Positions 9,229 to 19,875 of a DNA stretch of 64,000 bases are shown here, one piece after another (within the stretch, counting starts at the first letter, position 1; each line of letters begins with the position of its first letter). The translations under genes were made by a program, and so were the position numbers. The notes under the pieces are model-generated. The model saw only the letters and a list, made by a program, of their open reading frames with translations. It ran no database searches and was not told the DNA's origin. The DNA is taken from the NCBI GenBank assembly GCA_038154245.1, contig JAYOZP010000001.1, positions 3,022 to 67,021 of the forward strand, in the 5' to 3' direction. The stretch comes from Nitrospinales bacterium (GTDB taxonomy: Bacteria > Nitrospinota > Nitrospinia > Nitrospinales > JAJDAT01).

Positions 9229-12174
9229 ATGACCGAAACCGCTAAAACTTTAGAAGACAATTCAAACTATAAAAATCCTATATTCATAAATTTAATTAGT
9301 TTTATTTTTATACTAGGAACAGCTTATATCGTTCTCCTAGGAGAACATATTAACGGCACGTTTCCATATTTCTATTTTGAAAATATTTTTAAACATTATT
9401 TCTTTCCTGAAACTCCTCGGCAAATTTGCGCCTTTCCGATTAAGTTTTGGGCTTTGTGGTTTCTTTTAAGTTCTTTTTTTTACATTACAAAAACCATAAA
9501 CAACCAAAAAGTTTTTCTGCAAAGCTCTATTTTATCTGGATTAATTTGTCATTTATTTTTAATTTTCCTCACTTTACAAAAAGACAGCCAATTTAATAGC
9601 TTTTATTGGCCAATCGAAGGCACTATTTCATTTAAAGGACCTTATATTAGTATTGTCTGCTTGGTCGTATTATTTTCTATCTACCTTTTTTCATTCAACA
9701 GTTTTATAAAAAAAAATCATCGTCTAGATGTTTTTTCGATTCCGATTAGATACCTACCAACAGTTCCCTTCATATTTCAATACAATTCACTAACAAATCT
9801 AAAACTAATCGCAGCATCAATAGCAACCATTTATTTTTGGGATCGATCAAATATAAAGATAAAGGCTTTTATAAAAAATATTAATGAAAAGACTTTTTGT
9901 TATTTCTTACTATCCTCAATTTTTATCTTTGGCTTTATCTTTCGATATATAAATTTAATTATTCTGTGGGATTTTGGCGGAGAACCAGAATTTTGTGGTC
10001 ATGCAGAAGACGGCCCTGAATATTGTGTAAAAATATACAAAATCATGAACGACAATGACTTCACTGGTCACGCAGAAAATAGCGTACTAAGTTCTGGTTA
10101 TCCCTATTTAATAGGTCTATTGATAAAAATTACAGACTCTATTTTTGGAGCAATGGTAATTCAAGCAATCATTGGATCATTAATCCCAATTATCATATTT
10201 TTTATTGTCAAAAAAATTATAAATCAAAAGACAGCGTTTTATACTGCGTTATTTTGCAGTCTCTCCTACAACTTAATATACCAATCAGTCGTCATCGGAA
10301 GAGCTGGCTTAGCTGTATTCGTATGGATATTTATTGTTTATCTAATTATTGGAATTCCCTCAAGAAATAATAACAATTTATCGCTTTTGGGGATCGGCTT
10401 GTTTGCGGGATTATGCGGCTTATTAAGTCCCGAATTATTACCACTAACTTTTTTAATATTGCTAATTCAATATAAACATCTTTTAAGAGGACTATTCAAA
10501 AATACCCTTATATTGATATTTGGTTTTACCCTAGCCCAATCTCATTTCCAATTTTTAGTTTATGAGAATTATAATGAAATTTGGGTATTTGGTAGACCAA
10601 ATAAACTGCATACAATCAGCGAACATTTTTCCGATAATCCTGTAGGCAGTTTATTAATCGAGAAAAAAATAAATTTTATTACCGAACCAATACAAAGCTT
10701 GTTCAATTTAATTAAAAACCCAATAGAAGTATTTCCCTTAGTGACAAAAAGGTTTTTGGTTGAGTTTTCATCTTATGTTTTTGACCATCAACCTTTTTAT
10801 TTTGATCCTGTTTTTTTGCAACAGGATACATATTTCTCAGGAACATTATTGTTTTACATTTTGCTAATTTTAACTATTGGAACCTTATGTTTCCTACGGG
10901 CTCAAAATATTACCAAGATTAACAAAATTATAATTGGAGTTGTAAGCGCTTACCATATCCTTTTTTTCACTTTGATCCATAGCGGTTGGGCTAGATTTGT
11001 TTCACAAAACCAACCTTTATACCTAGCTTTACTTGCCTTTGGTTTCGTTACAATAAGCGGTTGGTTTTTCCCGACAAAAAATAGAATTTCTAATAACGAA
11101 AGGGCGTTATTAGCTTCAAAAAATATAAAAAGCACAGCCATTCAAAATAACGAAAACCGAAACCCCATTATTTTTCGTTTGGGATTAGGAATAACGCTAC
11201 TTCTAATATTAATTTTACTTAAGAACCCTACTTTTAATCCTAGCGTTCCAATAGAAAAAAGCCAAATTTCTTTTGTCCGACATAACGGTAAAAAAATAAT
11301 TAACTACAAAAAATATTTTAAGTTGGGGATGGATTATTATGAGAAAAGAAAATATTCAGACGCTATAAAGGCCTTAAAGGTCTCAAGTAAATCTGAAAAT
11401 TATTTTGGCAACCTATATTACGCTCAATCCAACTTCTTACTAGGAGAATTATATTTCAAGTTAAACAACCTTGATAAATCCAAATTTTATTATGAAAAGG
11501 TTTTCACAACAAATAGTTTAGATTCGAAGCATTATTCTTTCGAGCGGTTCTTCGCTTCGGCGGCAAATGGCTTATCGGCTATTTATGGTAAAGATCGCGA
11601 TTTTGATAAATCAATAGAGTTTGCTCAAAAAAGCATCGAAATCAATCCTGATTTTGCTCCTTCCTATTTTAATTTAGCGAACGCATTACATATGAAAAAT
11701 CAATTAAAGGAAGCTTTGAAAAATTATCAGTTAGCAATAAAAATTCAGCCTGACTATAAAAGAGCTATTTTTAATCTTGCCTATTTAGAATCACAACTTG
11801 GGCTATTAGAAAAATCCGAATCACACTACTTGGACTTTATAGATTTAGATCCGAATAATGAAAAAACATATTATGGCTTGGCAACTGTATATGCCCTAAA
11901 AAAGCAACATCAAAAAGCAATTTCACATTACCAAAAGTCTCTGGCTGTTAATCCTAATTACGCGCCTGCACAAATAGATTTAGCAAAAACTTTATTATTT
12001 TCCGGACAAACTGACAAAGCTATCGTTAATTTCGAAAAAGCTCTTTTATTAAATCCTAATGCCGCTGATATTCACAAATACCTTGCTGAAATATATTTAA
12101 AGCTTAAAAATAATTCAAAAAAGGGGAATTTTCACCTTCAACGGTCTATTGATCTGGAAAACGAAAATAGATAG
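9229..12174 (+). CDS. Large polytopic membrane protein with a C-terminal TPR array (GT-C/ArnT-like architecture)
   Basis: About 650 aa of repeated hydrophobic helices followed by clear 34-aa TPR units ('AIKALKV...', 'NPDFAPSYFNLANAL', 'QPDYKRAIFNLAYL', 'NPNYAPAQIDLAKTL'). The glycosyltransferase assignment of the membrane part is inferred from architecture only. Confidence 0.55.
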   Translation: MTETAKTLEDNSNYKNPIFINLISFIFILGTAYIVLLGEHINGTFPYFYFENIFKHYFFPETPRQICAFPIKFWALWFLLSSFFYITKTINNQKVFLQSSILSGLICHLFLIFLTLQKDSQFNSFYWPIEGTISFKGPYISIVCLVVLFSIYLFSFNSFIKKNHRLDVFSIPIRYLPTVPFIFQYNSLTNLKLIAASIATIYFWDRSNIKIKAFIKNINEKTFCYFLLSSIFIFGFIFRYINLIILWDFGGEPEFCGHAEDGPEYCVKIYKIMNDNDFTGHAENSVLSSGYPYLIGLLIKITDSIFGAMVIQAIIGSLIPIIIFFIVKKIINQKTAFYTALFCSLSYNLIYQSVVIGRAGLAVFVWIFIVYLIIGIPSRNNNNLSLLGIGLFAGLCGLLSPELLPLTFLILLIQYKHLLRGLFKNTLILIFGFTLAQSHFQFLVYENYNEIWVFGRPNKLHTISEHFSDNPVGSLLIEKKINFITEPIQSLFNLIKNPIEVFPLVTKRFLVEFSSYVFDHQPFYFDPVFLQQDTYFSGTLLFYILLILTIGTLCFLRAQNITKINKIIIGVVSAYHILFFTLIHSGWARFVSQNQPLYLALLAFGFVTISGWFFPTKNRISNNERALLASKNIKSTAIQNNENRNPIIFRLGLGITLLLILILLKNPTFNPSVPIEKSQISFVRHNGKKIINYKKYFKLGMDYYEKRKYSDAIKALKVSSKSENYFGNLYYAQSNFLLGELYFKLNNLDKSKFYYEKVFTTNSLDSKHYSFERFFASAANGLSAIYGKDRDFDKSIEFAQKSIEINPDFAPSYFNLANALHMKNQLKEALKNYQLAIKIQPDYKRAIFNLAYLESQLGLLEKSESHYLDFIDLDPNNEKTYYGLATVYALKKQHQKAISHYQKSLAVNPNYAPAQIDLAKTLLFSGQTDKAIVNFEKALLLNPNAADIHKYLAEIYLKLKNNSKKGNFHLQRSIDLENENR

Positions 12175-12219
12175 CTACGCTTTATTTTATGGTTTGTTTT
12201 TTAAAAAAATAAAAAAGAA

Positions 12220-13023
12220 CTAATCAGGTCGGGTAGCCTTTTTAACAATAGCGCTGTCAAAATAATTTATCGACATTCCGGCGTCGAGCGTTATTCCTTG
12301 GGAATTAATCCCAGAAGACCTTTCGCTTAATAAAAAGACTGCCGCATTGGCTACCTCTTGTGTGGCGACGGCTTTTTTTCTTAACGTTAAATTTTCAGCG
12401 TGCATGTATGAATCCAAATAACCTGGAATACCCGCAGAAGCGGATGTTTTTAGCAAACCTGGATTGACAGAATTAAACCGAACCTCTGAAAACGAAGAAA
12501 AAGATTTGGCTAAAAAGCAGATTGCAGAATCAAGAGCCGCTTTGGCGGGGGCCATGTAGCCATAATTTTCCGCAGCCATTCGTGTTGTTGAAATCGAAAC
12601 GGTAACAACAGACGCTTTTGGAGCGAAAATTTGTTTGAAGGCGTTTGATAAATTAATGAGAGAGAAACAGCTGACATCTACGGCTTGTAAAAAATCCGCT
12701 TTGGAAGTTTCGTAAAACGGTTTTGGCCCTGCGGAATAATTAGCAAATGCGATAGAATGAACCATTCCATGTACAACCTGAATATCATCTGCAATGGCTT
12801 TCCCAAGTCGATTAATTTCTTCCTGATGCTCTACATCGCAAACATAAATGGCGGCAGGAGATAATTTCTTTGAAAGAGCTTCTTTCCTGGCCTCGGAACG
12901 AACAGTATAAATAACGTTCGCCCCTTCTGCTTCTAGGGTTTTCCCAATATGGTAGGCAACGCTTTTCTTATTAGCGACACCAAACACTAAAATATTTTTA
13001 TTTTCTAGATCGAGAAAACTCAT
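12220..13023 (-). CDS. fabI: Enoyl-[acyl-carrier-protein] reductase (NADH), FabI type
   Basis: '[20 protein letters not shown]' and the catalytic '[11 protein letters not shown]' Tyr/Lys spacing are typical of FabI. Confidence 0.8.
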   Translation of the reverse strand: MSFLDLENKNILVFGVANKKSVAYHIGKTLEAEGANVIYTVRSEARKEALSKKLSPAAIYVCDVEHQEEINRLGKAIADDIQVVHGMVHSIAFANYSAGPKPFYETSKADFLQAVDVSCFSLINLSNAFKQIFAPKASVVTVSISTTRMAAENYGYMAPAKAALDSAICFLAKSFSSFSEVRFNSVNPGLLKTSASAGIPGYLDSYMHAENLTLRKKAVATQEVANAAVFLLSERSSGINSQGITLDAGMSINYFDSAIVKKATRPD

Positions 13024-13064
13024 GAAATTTTTTAAGGAACTTAGCTACCGCTAGTATTTTTAAG

Positions 13065-13502
13065 TCAAGGTTTAGTTGGTGAATTATCCAACAACATAGC
13101 GGCAAAATCTACGGTTAAGATTTTTTTTGAATCTGAAGTTATTTTTCCGGCCATGTAAGCGGCTCCGCCTGTTTTCTCTTTTAATTTAACTTCCGCCCGT
13201 AACAAATAGCCCGGGAAAGTGGGATTTTTTAGTTTAACGTTTTGGATTCTTGTGATTACAGGCGTATGATCGTTTCCCGAATTATTTTCGCGTACAGCCA
13301 TTAAAATGGCGCCCGACTGAAAAACAAATTCGCACATAATGACACCAGGCGTGATAGGTCGACCCGGAAAATGTCCTTTAAAAAAAGGTTCATCCTCTTT
13401 CAACAACCATTCCGTCACAATTAAATCCTCCGTTTGCTCAATAACACGGTCAATGAACAAGAAAGGAGGACGATGGGGAATATAATCTAAAAAATTATCC
13501 AT
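13065..13502 (-). CDS. fabZ: 3-hydroxyacyl-ACP dehydratase, FabZ-like hotdog fold
   Basis: 'IPHRPPFLFIDRV' and 'FFKGHFPGRPITPGVIMCE' match the FabZ signature blocks. Confidence 0.75.
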   Translation of the reverse strand: MDNFLDYIPHRPPFLFIDRVIEQTEDLIVTEWLLKEDEPFFKGHFPGRPITPGVIMCEFVFQSGAILMAVRENNSGNDHTPVITRIQNVKLKNPTFPGYLLRAEVKLKEKTGGAAYMAGKITSDSKKILTVDFAAMLLDNSPTKP

Positions 13503-13546
13503 TTATTCCGCAATTTTATTTGGCTAATAAGTACTCTAACATTTTT

Positions 13547-13646
13547 AGAGCGCCTCTAATATTTCGAAACTTTAGATTAAGGCAACTCGTTCGCCATTTA
13601 TATACAAGAATGGCTCGTAGCAATTTCTATTTTTATGAATTCTCTC
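13547..13646. repeat. Palindromic intergenic repeat, subfamily B, copy 2
   Basis: 'agagcgcctctaatatt' ... 'aaggcaactcgt' ... 'gccatt/aatggc' stem ... 'gctcgtagcaa' ... 'tttttatgaattctctc'. Same layout as the copy at 4320. Confidence 0.7.
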
Positions 13647-13749
13647 AAAAGAAAAATAAGGCGCCAAGCTTAACATATTCAATTAAGCCCTAAAACATGA
13701 TAATTTGCTCTTTCTGACGATTGGTTTTTATGAATTGTTGATTCTAAAA

Positions 13750-14706
13750 ATGCTTAAAAATAAAGTTATGACTTGGTTTCTCGTCTTCTTTTTCTTTTCA
13801 CTTTTTTGTTTACTAGGCTTCACTCATATTCGCGTTTATTTAACCGAAAAAGGAAATCCTCCAGAAGGCCATTTCGTTGAAATTAACGGTTTAAAAATTC
13901 ATTATGTTGAAAAAGGAAAAGGATTTCCTATCGTTTTACTGCATGGTGTGAGCAGTACTTTAAGCGACTTTACATACAGTCCAATATTTGAAGAATTATC
14001 AAAGAAAGCTAAAGTTATAGTTCCCGACCGCCCAGGCTATGGATATAGCGAACGTCCTAAAAAAACAATTTCTCCTGCAGATCAAGCTTCCATATTAAAG
14101 AAGTTTTTAAATCAAATAGGAGTTAAAAATCCAATCATTGTTGGATTTTCATGGAGTGGGTCCATCGCCGCCTCGTACGGATTGCAATTTCCAGAATTAA
14201 CGTCCGGCCTAATATTTATCAATGGCGCTACTTACCCTTGGCCTGCGCCAGTCGATTGGATATATAAAGCTGGAGTAAAACCTTTTTTCGGAACGGTTAT
14301 CGCAAACTTTCTTTTTGCGCCAATTGGGACATTGGTTTTAGAAAAAAATATAGCGGAAGTCTTTTGGCCGGGTTCTCCCCCGGAAAACTACAAAAATATC
14401 CCGATTGAGCTAATTTTTAGGCCTAAACAATTTTATGCCAATGCGGAAGACATGGTTGTTTTGAAACCTTTTTTAGCCGAACAAAGTAAGAATTACTCAA
14501 AAATTAAAACGCCTGTATCAATCATCGTTTCAGAGAACGACTTAATCGTTTCACCAACAATCCATTCCAAGGCTCTTAACGAAGCTGTAGAGAATTCACA
14601 ATTTATTTCCATTCCAGATGCGGGGCATCCTCTCCACCACAGCCATCCAGAAGAAGTGACAAAAGTAATTTTTGAAATGTTAGATGGGGTAACTCAACAT
14701 AGCTAA
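13750..14706 (+). CDS. Alpha/beta-fold hydrolase with an N-terminal TM anchor
   Basis: 'PIVLLHGV', nucleophile elbow 'GFSWSG' and C-terminal 'GHPLHHSHPEE'. The ATG at 13750 is preferred over the TTG at 13705. Confidence 0.7.
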   Translation: MLKNKVMTWFLVFFFFSLFCLLGFTHIRVYLTEKGNPPEGHFVEINGLKIHYVEKGKGFPIVLLHGVSSTLSDFTYSPIFEELSKKAKVIVPDRPGYGYSERPKKTISPADQASILKKFLNQIGVKNPIIVGFSWSGSIAASYGLQFPELTSGLIFINGATYPWPAPVDWIYKAGVKPFFGTVIANFLFAPIGTLVLEKNIAEVFWPGSPPENYKNIPIELIFRPKQFYANAEDMVVLKPFLAEQSKNYSKIKTPVSIIVSENDLIVSPTIHSKALNEAVENSQFISIPDAGHPLHHSHPEEVTKVIFEMLDGVTQHS

Positions 14707-14723
14707 TTTATTGAGTTTTGGGG

Positions 14724-15074
14724 TCAATCTGAGTAGGTAACTACGCTATCTCTAGGATACACCAAATGGCTTTCGCTCCATTGGTCTGAATTATCAGCAT
14801 CCCATTTCGAATCATCGTCTATCGATTTCATTCGAATGCCGCCGCTCCCTCCAAAAATCAGCAAAGCAACGCCGTCTCCGGATTCTTCAATGCGACAAGC
14901 AAATGCGGGACATGGGGTTTCTGTCTCCCCATCCCAACCAGTAATATGAACGGGAATTTCTTTTCCGTCTTTTTCGTATTGAATTGAAGAAATCTGCTTT
15001 GATTCAGAAATAACGTTGTACATCCGACCAACGCTTTCATCGCAATTAGAACAAGGTTCGACTTCTAAAAACAT
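14724..15074 (-). CDS. Hypothetical protein (116 aa)
   Basis: A long ORF in an AT-rich background with no competing ORF. No family recognised. Confidence 0.45.
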   Translation of the reverse strand: MFLEVEPCSNCDESVGRMYNVISESKQISSIQYEKDGKEIPVHITGWDGETETPCPAFACRIEESGDGVALLIFGGSGGIRMKSIDDDSKWDADNSDQWSESHLVYPRDSVVTYSD

Positions 15075-15077
15075 ATA

Positions 15078-15101
15078 AACCTCAGAAATAGGGTTGAGGT
15101 T
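15078..15101 (-). terminator. Hairpin between the HD-GYP gene and the downstream ORF (possible terminator or attenuator)
   Basis: 7-bp stem 'aacctca'/'tgaggtt' with a 10-nt loop. It begins 56 nt downstream of the HD-GYP stop and ends 3 nt from the ATG at 15074. On the minus strand it is followed by 'tatatgttttt'. Confidence 0.3.
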
Positions 15102-15156
15102 TTATTATAAGCCAATCAAAGCTGCGAAGAAAACAGATATAATTTAAAAATGATTA

Positions 15157-16167
15157 TTAGGATCTTGCGGTAATAGCTTTTATGAAAGCTTCCAAGAACT
15201 TAGGATCAAATTGTCCATGCATCTCTTTTTTCATCATCGAAAGAGCTTGAAGTGGAGTGAATGAATCACGATGATCTCTATCGCATGTCAACGAGCAAAA
15301 AACATCCATGATGGAGCAAATTTTTGAAAAAGGAGTGATCTTTTCTCCAGATATACCTGAAGGATATCCGGTTCCATCAAATTTTTCGTGGTGCTCAACC
15401 GCCATAGCTAAAATATTTTTGCTATAGCATTTCATATCATTAAGTATTTTTTTGCCGGCAGCTGGATGTTTTCTAATTGCTTTAAACTCAACATCAGATA
15501 ATCCCGACGTTTTTGTAATAATGTCGTAAGGAACTTCCTTTTTTCCAACATCGAATAACATAACGCCCAAACTCAATTCTCTTACCGACTCAGGATTCAT
15601 ATTTACTTTGATCCCTAAAAAAGCCGAAAGAAAACCAACATTTGCGGAATGGGTATAAACAGGCGGATCTTTATCTAACAACCCGAATAAACCGGTAAAG
15701 TTTAGGTTGGCTCCTCTTAATTCAGACTCCAAGACAGGAATCAAATCGTCTAAGTTTCGCAAAATTCTGGTTGACGCAATGTTAACAAAATATTCTTTAA
15801 GGATATTCCGGCAAACTATATAAATTTGTTTAATATTTTCAAGAGCGTGATTTTTTTGATTCAGCTTATCTTTTAGAGAATTTAAAATAAAATCTTTGTA
15901 ATAACGGATTAAGTCATTTTCATGGATATAAAACTTCTGACAATCGTCAGAATCCATCAGTTCTACAATTCTTTTATGGTTATCAGGAGAATAATCTGTA
16001 AATTTAAGAAATCGATCTTCTTCTCCCTCCACCTTGTAATAAATTTCAAATCCTTGTTCCCACCTTTGATCAAGAAAAGTAGGTTGAATTTCTCTGTAGA
16101 AATGGGCTATTGAATTCATGGAAGAGTTTGAAAGTTTACGAGTTATTCCGATAACGTGGGCATTCAT
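15157..16167 (-). CDS. HD-GYP domain protein (probable cyclic-di-GMP phosphodiesterase)
   Basis: 'HSANVGFL' (HD) and 'HHEKFDGTGYP' (GYP) motifs. Confidence 0.8.
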   Translation of the reverse strand: MNAHVIGITRKLSNSSMNSIAHFYREIQPTFLDQRWEQGFEIYYKVEGEEDRFLKFTDYSPDNHKRIVELMDSDDCQKFYIHENDLIRYYKDFILNSLKDKLNQKNHALENIKQIYIVCRNILKEYFVNIASTRILRNLDDLIPVLESELRGANLNFTGLFGLLDKDPPVYTHSANVGFLSAFLGIKVNMNPESVRELSLGVMLFDVGKKEVPYDIITKTSGLSDVEFKAIRKHPAAGKKILNDMKCYSKNILAMAVEHHEKFDGTGYPSGISGEKITPFSKICSIMDVFCSLTCDRDHRDSFTPLQALSMMKKEMHGQFDPKFLEAFIKAITARS

Positions 16168-16466
16168 TTGGGAACCATATAAGAAAAATTTTAGACTAGA
16201 ATTAAAATTAAGTCAAAGGGACAAACTAAATAAAAAAGCAGAAATAATAGTCCAAATAAAGACTTAATTTATTGAAAATTTCGAAGGACTAAATAAGCCT
16301 ACGGATTAGTATTCGGCTTATTTTGAAAAAACATTTAGTCTTTTTTGAATAAATCTCATTTTTTTAGCTTGCGTCCTTTTAAGGGTCGTTTTATCTTTTC
16401 ATAAATTTGTAAAATTCAAATTTAACGGGCAAAACAAGTACGTTACTGTCATCTTAAGGAGGAATT

Positions 16467-17207
16467 ATGAAATTGGTGTTAATCCGGCACGGCCAAAGCC
16501 AATGGAATCTTGAAAACCGATTTACTGGGTGGAAAGACGTTGATTTAACGGAACAAGGGCTGGAAGAAGCAAAAAAAGCGGCTCAATTACTTCGCAGCGA
16601 AGGCTTTACTTTCGACCTTGCTTTTACCTCTTATTTAAAAAGAGCCATCCGAACGCTTTGGACATTGCTAGACGGTTTAGATTTAATGTGGATTCCCGTC
16701 CATTCCTCCTGGCGCTTAAATGAAAGACACTATGGAGCGTTGCAAGGCCTAAACAAAACGGAGACAGCCGAAAAACATGGGGCAGAACAAGTCCACGTTT
16801 GGAGACGGAGTTATGATATTCCTCCTCCTGCTTTAGAAGATGGAGACGAACGGCTTTCCTTAGACGACCCAAGATATCAACTACTTGAAGAATCTGTATT
16901 GCCGCGAACCGAATCTTTAAAAACAACTGTCGATCGTTTTCTACCCTATTGGCAAGACGCTATCGTTCCCGAACTAAAACTAAAAAAGAAAATTTTAATT
17001 TGCGCTCATGGCAATAGTTTACGGGCTCTTATTAAGAATATTGACGGGATCAGCGACAAAGAAATTGCAGACCTAAATATACCAACGGGTATTCCATTAG
17101 TTTATGAATTAGACGATAACTTAAAACCGCTAAAACATTATTATTTGGGAGATCCTGAAGAAGCTAAAAAAGCTGCAGATTCGGTAGCCAACCAATCTAA
17201 ACAATAA
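16467..17207 (+). CDS. gpmA: 2,3-bisphosphoglycerate-dependent phosphoglycerate mutase
   Basis: '[20 protein letters not shown]' and '[15 protein letters not shown]'. Strong SD 'taaggagga' upstream. Confidence 0.9.
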   Translation: MKLVLIRHGQSQWNLENRFTGWKDVDLTEQGLEEAKKAAQLLRSEGFTFDLAFTSYLKRAIRTLWTLLDGLDLMWIPVHSSWRLNERHYGALQGLNKTETAEKHGAEQVHVWRRSYDIPPPALEDGDERLSLDDPRYQLLEESVLPRTESLKTTVDRFLPYWQDAIVPELKLKKKILICAHGNSLRALIKNIDGISDKEIADLNIPTGIPLVYELDDNLKPLKHYYLGDPEEAKKAADSVANQSKQ

Positions 17208-17221
17208 CGCCGGTCAAACAA

Positions 17222-18781
17222 TTGCAATTCTTTAGAAATAGTATTTTAAAGTTCGACAAATTATTTCTTCTCATTGCAATATTTAGCCTATTTTTTTACG
17301 AGTGCGTCGCTCAAATTTCTTTGCAATTCAATTGGGGAGCAGGATATGCCGAAAGACCCATCCCCACCTACTTACTAATTTATTTCAATCTTTTTTTGCT
17401 TTATGCTCTTGCCATTCGGAACATTTGGAGAAGACCTAATCGTTCCGGTATTTTTCCGATCATTTTAGTTGGGGGCCTACTTTTTCGGGCCGTTTTAATC
17501 CCATCGCAACAAATTCAAGAAGACGACGTTTATCGCTATTTATGGGACGGGAAAGTATTTGCCCATGGAATCAACCCTTTTAAATACGCCCCCGAAGAAG
17601 TTTCTGAATTTAAAAAACTAAGAATCCAAAACCCAGATCAATTTAAGATCAGATATCCGGAGAAGAACGAGAAAGAGCTTTTAATCCTTTACGATCTGAA
17701 ATGGAAAAATGAGACTTCTCTGGTATTCCACGAGCGAATTAACCACCCCGATGTTCCAACTATATACCCTCCACTAGCGCAATATGTTTTTCGATTTGCA
17801 AGTTTTCTGCAATCGGATAGTATTGTCGCCCTCAGGTTAGTTTTTTTAATTTTCGATTTATTAACTCTATTTTTTATAGTCAAAATTTTAGATGCATTAA
17901 ATAAAAATCGAAACTGGTCGTTGATTTACTTTTGGTCGCCTTTAATCTTAAAAGAAACCTTTAATTCAACTCATCTCGACATAATTGGAATTTCTGTCCT
18001 AACAGGTTCTCTTTATTTTTATCTCCGATATCGATTCACTCTTGCATCGTTATTTTTGGCGTTAGGCGTCGTAGGCAAGCTTTACCCCATCATATTGGCT
18101 CCGATTTATTTAAAAGAAAATATTAAATATTTAATGAGCCAACCCGAAGTAAAAAACGTTTGGAAAGCCATTTCGATAAATATTTTGCTATTTGGAACTA
18201 CCATCTTTTTGTTCTATTTCCCTTTTATCCAAATAGGCAAAGGAGCTTTTGAAGGGTTAAAAGTCTTTACAACTTATTGGCAAAATAACGATAGTATCTT
18301 CGCTTTAATTTTATATTTTTACGAAAACATATTGGGTTTAAACGCTGAATTTAATTACCAAGAAGCTAACGTTTATATTTCTTACGATCTGGCTTCTTTA
18401 CTGAGTAAGGCAACGGTCGCTTTAATTCTTGTAGGAGCAACGCTATATTTTCTTTTACGAAAGGAAAAAAATTTAGAAGAAAACTATCGACTTTGGCCGC
18501 TTTTTGTAATTATGGGATTAGTGTTTCTATTAAGCCCAGTGCAAAACCCCTGGTATCTAAACTGGACAGTTCCTTTTCTTTGCATTTTTCCATTTCGATC
18601 TTGGATATTACTAACGGGGTTAATCGGACTTTATTACATGGGATTTTATTTTGACTATCAAGATAAAGGTCACTTAGAAATATATCTGCCTTGGTTCGAA
18701 TTCACTCCGTTTTATGCGTTGTTAATTTACGATTATTTTGTCAAAAAACGAGCTAAATCTAAAATTCTACAAGAAAACTAA
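17222..18781 (+). CDS. Polytopic membrane protein, GT-C-like (DUF2029/GT87-like mannosyltransferase architecture)
   Basis: More than ten predicted TM helices, with an acidic first-loop motif 'QEDDVYRYLWDGKVF' of the kind seen in GT-C enzymes. It uses a TTG start 14 nt after gpmA, and there is no nearby ATG. Confidence 0.5.
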   Translation: MQFFRNSILKFDKLFLLIAIFSLFFYECVAQISLQFNWGAGYAERPIPTYLLIYFNLFLLYALAIRNIWRRPNRSGIFPIILVGGLLFRAVLIPSQQIQEDDVYRYLWDGKVFAHGINPFKYAPEEVSEFKKLRIQNPDQFKIRYPEKNEKELLILYDLKWKNETSLVFHERINHPDVPTIYPPLAQYVFRFASFLQSDSIVALRLVFLIFDLLTLFFIVKILDALNKNRNWSLIYFWSPLILKETFNSTHLDIIGISVLTGSLYFYLRYRFTLASLFLALGVVGKLYPIILAPIYLKENIKYLMSQPEVKNVWKAISINILLFGTTIFLFYFPFIQIGKGAFEGLKVFTTYWQNNDSIFALILYFYENILGLNAEFNYQEANVYISYDLASLLSKATVALILVGATLYFLLRKEKNLEENYRLWPLFVIMGLVFLLSPVQNPWYLNWTVPFLCIFPFRSWILLTGLIGLYYMGFYFDYQDKGHLEIYLPWFEFTPFYALLIYDYFVKKRAKSKILQEN

Positions 18782-18948
18782 AACTTCTTAGCTACGTTTT
18801 TTCTTTTGTTCCGTTTTAGATGCCATTACGTTAAAATTACCTTAATCAAAAAATAATTTTACAAGCAAGGTTTCTAGAGGCTTTAAATTTTTTGAAGCTT
18901 TCCGAAGTTTACCTCGTTTTAATTTTTCTACTGTTAGAGGACAAAACC

Positions 18949-19611
18949 ATGAAAAAGAAAATCGGAGTAGTTCTTTCTGGTTGCGGCGTTTTTGACGGCG
19001 CGGAAATTCACGAATCAGTTTTAACTTTACTAGCTATTGATCGAGCCGGGGCAGAAGCGGTTTGTATGGCTCCAAATGTAGATCAAATGCATGTGATCAA
19101 TCATCTCAAAGGAGAGCCTACCGACGAGAAAAGAAATGTTTTGGTCGAATCGGCTAGAATAGCCCGTGGAGAAATTAAAGATATCGCCGAAGTAAAAGTC
19201 GACGACATTGACGGTTTGATCTTCCCAGGCGGTTTTGGAGCGGCTAAAAACTTGAGCGACTTTGCCGTTAATGGAGAAAATTGCACAGTTCACCCAGATG
19301 TAACTCGACTCGTACGAGACTTTGCCGCCAAGAAAAAACCTCAAGCCACATGTTGTATCGCTCCTGCGATGTATGCAAAGGTGTTTGATGGCGAATCAAT
19401 TTCGCCTACTTTGACAATTGGCACAGACAAAGATGTGGCAAGTAAAATTGAAATGATGGGAAGCAAACATCAAGAATGCGCCGCAACAGATATGATCTGC
19501 GACGAGGAAAATAAAATCGTATCCACTCCCGCTTATATGTCGGGTCAAAATATTTCGGAAGTGGCTGAGGGAATTGAAAAAACCGTCAACAAACTCGTGA
19601 GTATGCTTTAA
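18949..19611 (+). CDS. elbB: ElbB-type DJ-1/PfpI-family glyoxalase
   Basis: 'KKIGVVLSGCGVFDGAEIHESVLTLLAIDRAGAE' is the ElbB N-terminal signature. ATG at 18949 with SD 'agagga', preferred over the TTG at 18892. Confidence 0.75.
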   Translation: MKKKIGVVLSGCGVFDGAEIHESVLTLLAIDRAGAEAVCMAPNVDQMHVINHLKGEPTDEKRNVLVESARIARGEIKDIAEVKVDDIDGLIFPGGFGAAKNLSDFAVNGENCTVHPDVTRLVRDFAAKKKPQATCCIAPAMYAKVFDGESISPTLTIGTDKDVASKIEMMGSKHQECAATDMICDEENKIVSTPAYMSGQNISEVAEGIEKTVNKLVSML

Positions 19612-19652
19612 CGCGGTTATTTTTCAAGAAATAAAAATGTAAATCCTTTTTA

Positions 19653-19770
19653 TGCGGGCTAAGAAACTAGTCATACAGGTTCGACTAAACTTGTATAAGA
19701 ACAAAATCAGAAGATCTGTATAGAACCCCTCAAATTCCTAGAAGACTTAGTTTCTTAGCTACCCCCCGCA
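19653..19770. ncRNA. Candidate structured RNA (long interrupted hairpin), class unknown
   Basis: 'tgcggg' pairs with 'cccgca'. 'ctaagaaactagtc' pairs with 'gacttagtttcttag' (14 bp with one bulge). An inner 'atacag'/'ctgtat' stem is also present. It sits in a 264-bp gap between convergent genes. Confidence 0.25.
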
Positions 19771-19875
19771 TCCGGGTTAGCCGCTAAGAATTAAACGCGC
19801 TGACAATAAGCTCAGCGATTAACCCTATCTTCAAATCCTAAAAACCTGTACTAGGGTTTTCTTTATAAGTTTCAG

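Noticed and set aside
16291-16323. Terminator-like hairpin 'aaataagcc...ggcttattt' followed by T's in the divergent HD-GYP/gpmA intergenic region, hinting at a small RNA
   Set aside because: The stem is AT-rich with a 15-nt loop. No promoter or conserved partner sequence is evident. I cannot distinguish it from chance structure without expression data.
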